Origin: Planctomycetota bacterium
Lineage (GTDB): Bacteria; Planctomycetota; UBA11346
NCBI GenBank assembly: GCA_038213805.1
Contig: JBBQSO010000058.1
Span: 1-34,554 of the forward strand
DNA length: 34,554 nt
Reading direction: 5' to 3'
Position 1 is the first letter of the stretch, and the number at the start of each line of letters is the position of its first letter. The notes beneath the pieces were generated by a model. That model was given only the letters and a program-made list of their open reading frames with translations. It did no database searches and was not told the DNA's origin. Positions 29,029-34,554 of this stretch are shown piece by piece. The position numbers and the translations under genes were made by a program.

Positions 29029-32000
29029 GTGAAATCGTCTTCCCTGGTCCCCGCCCTCGCCCTGCTCTGCTCCGCCGCCATCGCCAATGCCGCCGAAGCT
29101 GGCGGCCACCAGGTGAACGGCGACGCCACCCTCGTCGAGGTCACCACCACCGACGAGAAGGATTTCCTCAAGCCGCTGAAGCTCGACGAGGGCTTCAGCG
29201 CGCGGGTATGGGCGGCGGGCGCGGCGGTCGCCAACATTGTGGCCATGGACGTGGACGCGCACAACCGGCTCTACACCGCGCAGACCTTCCGTTTCCGCAT
29301 CAAGGGCGTGCTCGACGTGCGCGAGGCGATGTTCCTGTACCGCGACGATCTGCGCAGCCGCACCACCGCGGACCGCTTGGCGATGATGAAGAAGTGGACC
29401 GATCAGGGCATGTTCAAGCCCGGCTTCTTCACCAAGGATTCGGAGCGCGTCTCGCTGCTGCAAGACACCAAGGGCGGCGGCGCGGCCGACCGCATCCAGA
29501 TCTTCGCCGACGGTTTCAATGATCCGCTCGACGGCACCGCGTCGGGGATCCTGGTCGGCGACAGCGTCGCCGGCAAGACCACCGTCTACCTGGCCGCGAT
29601 CCCCAAGGTGTGGGCGCTGACCGACAGCACCGGCACGGGCGTCGCCGACCGGCGTGGCGCGATCAGCGAGGGCTACGGTCCGCGCTTCAGCATCAGCGGC
29701 CACGATCTGCACGGCCTGGTGCGCGGTCCCGATGGCCGCGTCTACTGGTCGGTGGGCGATCGCGGCTATGACGTCACCACCAAGGAGGGCGCGCACTTCG
29801 GCGATCCCACCAGTGGCGCGGTGTTCAGGGCCGAGCCCGACGGCAGCGGCGTGGAGCTGTACTACACCGGCCTGCGCAACCCCGAGGAGCTCGCCTTCAA
29901 CGCCTACGGCGACCTCTTCACCTGCGACAACAACGCCGACATCGGCGACAAATCCCGCGTGGTCTACATCCTCGAGGGCGGCAGCAATGGCTGGAGCCAC
30001 GGCTGGCAGATGTTGACGAGTGCCGCTTTCTCAAAGGCTGGCCTGCTCGACGGGCCGCAGCCCGAGTCGTGGCTGGACGAAGGCCTGTGGAAGACGCGCT
30101 TCCCCGGGCAGCCGGCCTGGATCCTGCCGCCCATCGGCTACGCCACCGCCGGCCCGTGCGGATTGGCCACGGTGCCCGGCACCGGCTGGCCCGCCGCCAT
30201 GCAGGGCCAGTTCCTGGTCTGCGACTACCGTGGCGGCACCGGCTCGGCCGTGCTGTCGTTCACACCGACGGTGGAAGGCGCCGGCTACGGCATGGCCGAG
30301 GCGCAGACCTTCCTGGCCAACACCGGCGCCACCGACGTGACCTTCGACTACGCCGGCAACCTCTTCGTCAGCGACTACCTAGGCGGCTGGGCGCAGGCCG
30401 ACAAGGGCGCGATCCTGGCCGTGGTGCCAAAACGCGACGCGGCGCAGACCGCCGCCGTCGAGGCCGAACGCAAGCTCGTTGCCGAGGGCTTCGACAAGCG
30501 CCCGGTGGCGGAGCTGGCCAAGCTGCTCGCGCACGCCGACCAGCGCGTGCGCCAGTTTGCGCAGTTCGAGCTCGCGCGCCGCGGCAAGGACGGCTTGGCC
30601 GCGCTCAGCGCGGTGGCCAAGGCACCGGCCAGCGGCGAACCCTTGGCGCGCCTGCACGCCATCTGGGGCATCGGTCAAATCGCCCGCGCCGACGCCAGCG
30701 CGGCGGCTGCGCTGATGCCGCTGCTCGCCGACCAGGACAGCCACGTGCGCGAACAGGCCGCGAAGATGCTCGGCGACTGCCGTTACCCGGCCGCGGGCAG
30801 CGCCCTGGTGCCGCTGCTCGCCGACTCCGACCTGCGCGTGCGCGCCTTCTCCGCCATCGCCCTCGGACGTCTGAAGTTCGCACCTGCGGTGCCCGCCCTG
30901 CTGCAGCTGCTTGCGACGAACAACGACCAGGACGCATGCCTGCGCCATGCCGCCGTCATGGGTCTGGCCGGCGCCGCCGACGGCGCCACCCTCGCGCGCT
31001 ACAGTGGCGAATCCGCCAAGGCCACGCGCCTGGGCGTGCTGCTGGCCATGCGTCGGCAGTCCGACGCGCACATTGCGGCATTCCTGAAGGACGCCGACAA
31101 TGGCATCCGCGCCGAGGCGATGCGCGCGATCTACGATCTGCCGATCGTCGCCGCGATGCCCGCCCTCATCGCCGAGCTCGGCAAGCCGCTGCCAGCAGAA
31201 CAGCCCGAGGGTGCGGAGAAACTGCTCGCACTGCGCCTGATCAACGCCGCGCAGCGCTACGGTGACGATCGCGCGCCGGCAGCACTCGCGGCTTTCGCCG
31301 CCGGCGACACCGCCCCCGCGGCGATCCGCGCGCAAGCGCTGGCGCTGCTCGGCAAGTGGGCGCATCCCACCACTGTCGACCCGGTCATCGGCCTCTATCG
31401 CCCGGCGCCGGTGCACGAGCACGCGCTCGACGCGGCCGCGCTCAAGGCGCCGATCATGAAGATCATCGCGGGCGGCGACAAGGAGATGCTCACCAACGCG
31501 GTGACGCTCGCCGCGCAGCTCGGCTACGGACTGGACGAAAAGACCCTACTCGGCCTGCTCGCGGACGGCAAGATGCCCGCGTCGGTGCGTGCCGAGGCAC
31601 TACGCCAGCTGTCCGCGCACCCGCCGGCGGATTTCGCCAAACGCCTCGACGGACTGCTCGACGATCCGTCCGCCGAGATGCGCATCGCCGCCTTCGACGC
31701 CAAGGTGGCGGCCGACCCGGCGCAGCTGGTGGCGACGGTCAGACGCGTCCTCGACGACGCAGCACCCGCCGCGCCCAAGGAGGGTATCACGGTGGTGGTC
31801 GACCACACCAGCGACGACTGGGATGATCTCGCGATGCGCGGGCCGGCCGCGAAGGGCGAGGCCGACAGCGACCCCGCCGCCGGCGCGTCGCCCGCAACCT
31901 GGGTCGACGGTTTCGCCAAGCCGCACAAAGACGCAGGCGCGATCGGTGCCACCCTTCCGCGCCTGACCAGCGGCCAGGTCGCGCGCACCGACGACGACGT

Positions 32001-33060
32001 CGAGCGCAACACCTGGTGCGACGGTGGCGAGAGCCGCTTCGTCCTCGACCTCGGCAAGGCCCAGCCGGTCGCGCGCGTCAGCACCTACTCGTGGCACAAG
32101 GCCAACCGCGCCCAGCAGCTGTTCGTGCTGTGGGGCGCTGGCGGCGCCAGCCAGCCGGCGACCACGGGGGACCCCGCCAAGGCCGGCTGGACGCAGATCG
32201 CCAAGGTCGACTCCACCCCGCTCGGCGACGGCGGTAAGCACGGCAGCGCCGTACAAGGCGGCGGCAAGGACGGCCTCGGCCGCTACCGCTGGCTGATGTG
32301 GCAGAATCTCGCCCACGGCGGCATCGGCACGTTCTACTCGCAGCTCGACGTGTTCACCACCAGCCGCACCCTGCCCGCGCTGGCTGCCGGCGGCGACCGC
32401 GCCGTGATCCAGCTGCGCCAGCACGCGCTGCTCGCGCTCGGCACCGCCAAGGATGCGCAGGCCGCGACCCTGCTCGGGCAGTGGCTCGACCGCATCATCG
32501 CCGGCAACGCGCCGGCCCAACTCGCCCTGGAGGTGACTGAGGCGGCCAAGGTGCGCAGCGAACCCACCCTCGCCGCCAAGCTGGCGCAGTGGCAGGCCGC
32601 GCTGTCGGCCAAGGACCCGCTGGCGCCCTTCCGCCTCACCCAGGCCGGCGGCGACGTCGAGCGCGGGCGCACGGTCTTCCGCCAGCACGCGGTGCAGTGC
32701 ATCCGCTGCCACGCCGTCGACGGCGAGGGCGGCAACGTCGGCCCCGACCTGCGCGGCGTGCCGACGCGGCTGGTGCGCGACAAGCTGCTTGAGTCGCTGA
32801 TCGTACCGAGCGCCGAGATCGCGCCTGGCTACGGCATCGCCACGGTCACGCTGAAGGACGGCTCGACCATCGCTGGCGGCGTGCTCACGCAGTCCGCCAC
32901 CACGCTGGTGCTGCGCCTGCCCGATGGCAAGGAGCGCACCGTGCCGATGACCACCGTCACCAACGTCAGCGCGCCGATCTCCCCGATGCCGCCGATGGGA
33001 CAGGCGCTGACGCGCTTCGAATTACGGGATGTGCTGGCGTACCTGTACACCTTGAAGTGA
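29029..33060 (+). CDS. PVC-type membrane-bound dehydrogenase-domain / HEAT-repeat / heme-binding CxxCH protein
   Basis: Signal peptide from GTG at 29029; propeller region (GHDLHGL..GPDGRVYWSVGDRG, GLRNPEELAF..DNNAD); HEAT repeats; C-terminal GGDVERGRTVF..CIRCH..GPDL..LLESLIVPSAEIAPGY..SPMP. Confidence 0.9.
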   Translation: MKSSSLVPALALLCSAAIANAAEAGGHQVNGDATLVEVTTTDEKDFLKPLKLDEGFSARVWAAGAAVANIVAMDVDAHNRLYTAQTFRFRIKGVLDVREAMFLYRDDLRSRTTADRLAMMKKWTDQGMFKPGFFTKDSERVSLLQDTKGGGAADRIQIFADGFNDPLDGTASGILVGDSVAGKTTVYLAAIPKVWALTDSTGTGVADRRGAISEGYGPRFSISGHDLHGLVRGPDGRVYWSVGDRGYDVTTKEGAHFGDPTSGAVFRAEPDGSGVELYYTGLRNPEELAFNAYGDLFTCDNNADIGDKSRVVYILEGGSNGWSHGWQMLTSAAFSKAGLLDGPQPESWLDEGLWKTRFPGQPAWILPPIGYATAGPCGLATVPGTGWPAAMQGQFLVCDYRGGTGSAVLSFTPTVEGAGYGMAEAQTFLANTGATDVTFDYAGNLFVSDYLGGWAQADKGAILAVVPKRDAAQTAAVEAERKLVAEGFDKRPVAELAKLLAHADQRVRQFAQFELARRGKDGLAALSAVAKAPASGEPLARLHAIWGIGQIARADASAAAALMPLLADQDSHVREQAAKMLGDCRYPAAGSALVPLLADSDLRVRAFSAIALGRLKFAPAVPALLQLLATNNDQDACLRHAAVMGLAGAADGATLARYSGESAKATRLGVLLAMRRQSDAHIAAFLKDADNGIRAEAMRAIYDLPIVAAMPALIAELGKPLPAEQPEGAEKLLALRLINAAQRYGDDRAPAALAAFAAGDTAPAAIRAQALALLGKWAHPTTVDPVIGLYRPAPVHEHALDAAALKAPIMKIIAGGDKEMLTNAVTLAAQLGYGLDEKTLLGLLADGKMPASVRAEALRQLSAHPPADFAKRLDGLLDDPSAEMRIAAFDAKVAADPAQLVATVRRVLDDAAPAAPKEGITVVVDHTSDDWDDLAMRGPAAKGEADSDPAAGASPATWVDGFAKPHKDAGAIGATLPRLTSGQVARTDDDVERNTWCDGGESRFVLDLGKAQPVARVSTYSWHKANRAQQLFVLWGAGGASQPATTGDPAKAGWTQIAKVDSTPLGDGGKHGSAVQGGGKDGLGRYRWLMWQNLAHGGIGTFYSQLDVFTTSRTLPALAAGGDRAVIQLRQHALLALGTAKDAQAATLLGQWLDRIIAGNAPAQLALEVTEAAKVRSEPTLAAKLAQWQAALSAKDPLAPFRLTQAGGDVERGRTVFRQHAVQCIRCHAVDGEGGNVGPDLRGVPTRLVRDKLLESLIVPSAEIAPGYGIATVTLKDGSTIAGGVLTQSATTLVLRLPDGKERTVPMTTVTNVSAPISPMPPMGQALTRFELRDVLAYLYTLK

Positions 33061-33348
33061 CGGCGCGCCGAACCCGCGCATCGCCACCGCGGCGGGGTCG
33101 GGCGCCAGTTCGATCACGCGCACCGTCTACTGTGGTCGCGCTGGCGCCCGCCCCCCAGCCGCTCGGCGCGTGAGTCGATGTGGCGCGTGCGCCGAGCACC
33201 TCCGTCGCGCCGAGAAAAAAACGGCTCTCGGACGCGTAGCGTAAAGTGCATCTCCGCTTCCATTGCCAACCAGCGGCAGCAGGCCTGGGTGGGGCGTTGG
33301 GGCGCGCATGGCGTGAGGCGGCAGCTTGCGTGCTTGGACGCTGCCGTC

Positions 33349-34395
33349 TCACCAGACCGCCGGCTCCGTCCGCAGCCGCTGGATCCACTGGATCGTGCCG
33401 CCCATGTTGGGGGCCATCATGGTGCCGGAGTAGGCGACGTGGACCCCGGACCCGCCGCCAGTGTAGGTGGGCGAGGCCACGATGAAGTGCTCCTCGGTGT
33501 GCTCGCGCAGGTAGTTCATGTCGGTGGCGGTGGTAGCAGCGTTCCATTCGACGCGGTACCACATGCGGATCTCGCTGGCATCGAACGCGCGGAAGGACTC
33601 ATAGTCGTTGGCGAAGCGCGCCTTGTCGTTGGCGGTCATGGCGGTGGCCGGGTCGCTGCCGTTCCATTCCTGCAGCCGGAAGCCCTGGGTGCCGCCGCAG
33701 CCGCAGGTCACGGTGAAGACTGCGCCGGTGCGTTCGCGAACCAGGCGGAACCACGACATGCCGTAGGAATTCATGCGCGGCGTGGGATCGCCGGCCGCCC
33801 AGGCGGCGAAATTCGCGCCAGTGACACTGCCTTCGGGATGCGCCAAGTCGCGCAGCCAGCCGTTGGCCGTGACCGGTTGGGGATCGGGATAGCGTAGGTA
33901 CGATTTCCCGCTGTCGGGAGCGGTCATCTGCACCGGGTTGTAGCCGGTGGCCAGTTGGATCGCATAGGGTGGCTGCACCAAAACGTGCATCGGGAAGCGC
34001 TGCGGCACGCCGATGGGGAAGTTGGTCTTCCCCACATCACCGGGATCGACCGGGTACGGGGTGAGCGCGCGCTCCGCAGAGGTGATCGCGGCAGTGTTGG
34101 GGCGGGGTCCCAGACTGCCGTCGCGCACGTCGATCCAGCCGTGGCCCTCGATGTGCTCGCCGCTGGTCAGCGCGGCGGAATCGAGGCCGAGCCGCGCACG
34201 TTCCTGGATGAAGTCGCACGCGGCCGTGAGCATCAGCCGCGCCTGCGCCTCGTGGACGAGGATGGTCATCTCCTGCAGGTCGTTGCGGCCCTCAAGCAGG
34301 AAGACCAGCGCCAGCGACGAGAGCAGGGCGGAGATGCCGGCGACGATGATCAGTACCGTCCCCGAGCGGGGTCCACTGCGCGCGGTGGACCTCAT
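33349..34395 (-). CDS. PilX/GspK-like pseudopilin, paralogue of 4930-5973
   Basis: PRSG|TVLIIVAGISALLSSLA, CDFIQERARLG, GWIDVRDG, TCGCGGTQGFR, WYRVEW, GTIQWIQRL..EP..W. Confidence 0.82.
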   Translation of the reverse strand: MRSTARSGPRSGTVLIIVAGISALLSSLALVFLLEGRNDLQEMTILVHEAQARLMLTAACDFIQERARLGLDSAALTSGEHIEGHGWIDVRDGSLGPRPNTAAITSAERALTPYPVDPGDVGKTNFPIGVPQRFPMHVLVQPPYAIQLATGYNPVQMTAPDSGKSYLRYPDPQPVTANGWLRDLAHPEGSVTGANFAAWAAGDPTPRMNSYGMSWFRLVRERTGAVFTVTCGCGGTQGFRLQEWNGSDPATAMTANDKARFANDYESFRAFDASEIRMWYRVEWNAATTATDMNYLREHTEEHFIVASPTYTGGGSGVHVAYSGTMMAPNMGGTIQWIQRLRTEPAVW

Positions 34396-34553
34396 GGCGC
34401 GGCTGCGTAGTCGAGGGTGGGTTCGCTGGTGGCGTCGACCACCCAGCCGCCGGCCGGCAGGCGCTGCTGCCGGGCGCCGCGCAGGGTCGTACCGACGCAC
34501 GCGAAGGGGATGGTGATCGCGGCGCCGGTCAGCGGCGACCGGCAGGTGACTTC
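34392..34553 (-). CDS. C-terminus of a PilW-like prepilin, paralogue of 3777-4928 (5' end outside the window; absent from the ORF track)
   Basis: Manual translation: EVTCRSPLTGAAITIPFACVGTTLRGARQQRLPAGGW..EPTLDYAAAP*, versus WTSPLTG..FTCFGTSLRGARQQR..GW..TLD in the first cassette; ATGA overlap with the downstream gene. Confidence 0.8.
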   Translation of the reverse strand, partial: EVTCRSPLTGAAITIPFACVGTTLRGARQQRLPAGGWVVDATSEPTLDYAAAP

Positions 34554-34554
34554 G

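Noticed and set aside
33061..33348. Possible ncRNA between convergent genes
   Set aside because: Only loose GC-rich hairpins; no recognisable tRNA, riboswitch or other RNA family signature.

Overview
High-GC bacterial DNA, most likely from a PVC-superphylum (Planctomycetota-like) organism; this is inferred from a PVC-type heme/CxxCH dehydrogenase, an ECF-FecR/PA14 pair and prepilin cassettes. The left half is an assimilatory nitrate/nitrite region: partial nirB, nirD, an OprO/P-type porin, a decayed nitrate ABC transporter, a nitrate reductase fused to an FAD/NADH reductase, a histidine kinase with a NarX-like P-box plus two receiver proteins, and a sigma54 activator. Divergent sigma54-type promoters sit between the transporter remnant and the reductase. 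A three-gene PilV/PilW/PilX-like prepilin cassette interrupts this region, preceded by a perfect 18-bp LacI-type palindrome. A second, paralogous cassette in the opposite orientation enters at the right edge. The middle and right carry a HAD hydrolase, ppnP, a DUF790 (Bax1-like)/XPB-like helicase pair, lysA, a Gfo-SDR-MFS cluster, an ECF sigma factor with a FecR-PA14 anti-sigma, and a large PVC-type heme protein. Intergenic DNA holds oriented 8-mer and 7-mer tandem repeats after stop codons and one REPIN-like doublet. All calls come from reading motifs by eye; no database searches were run.
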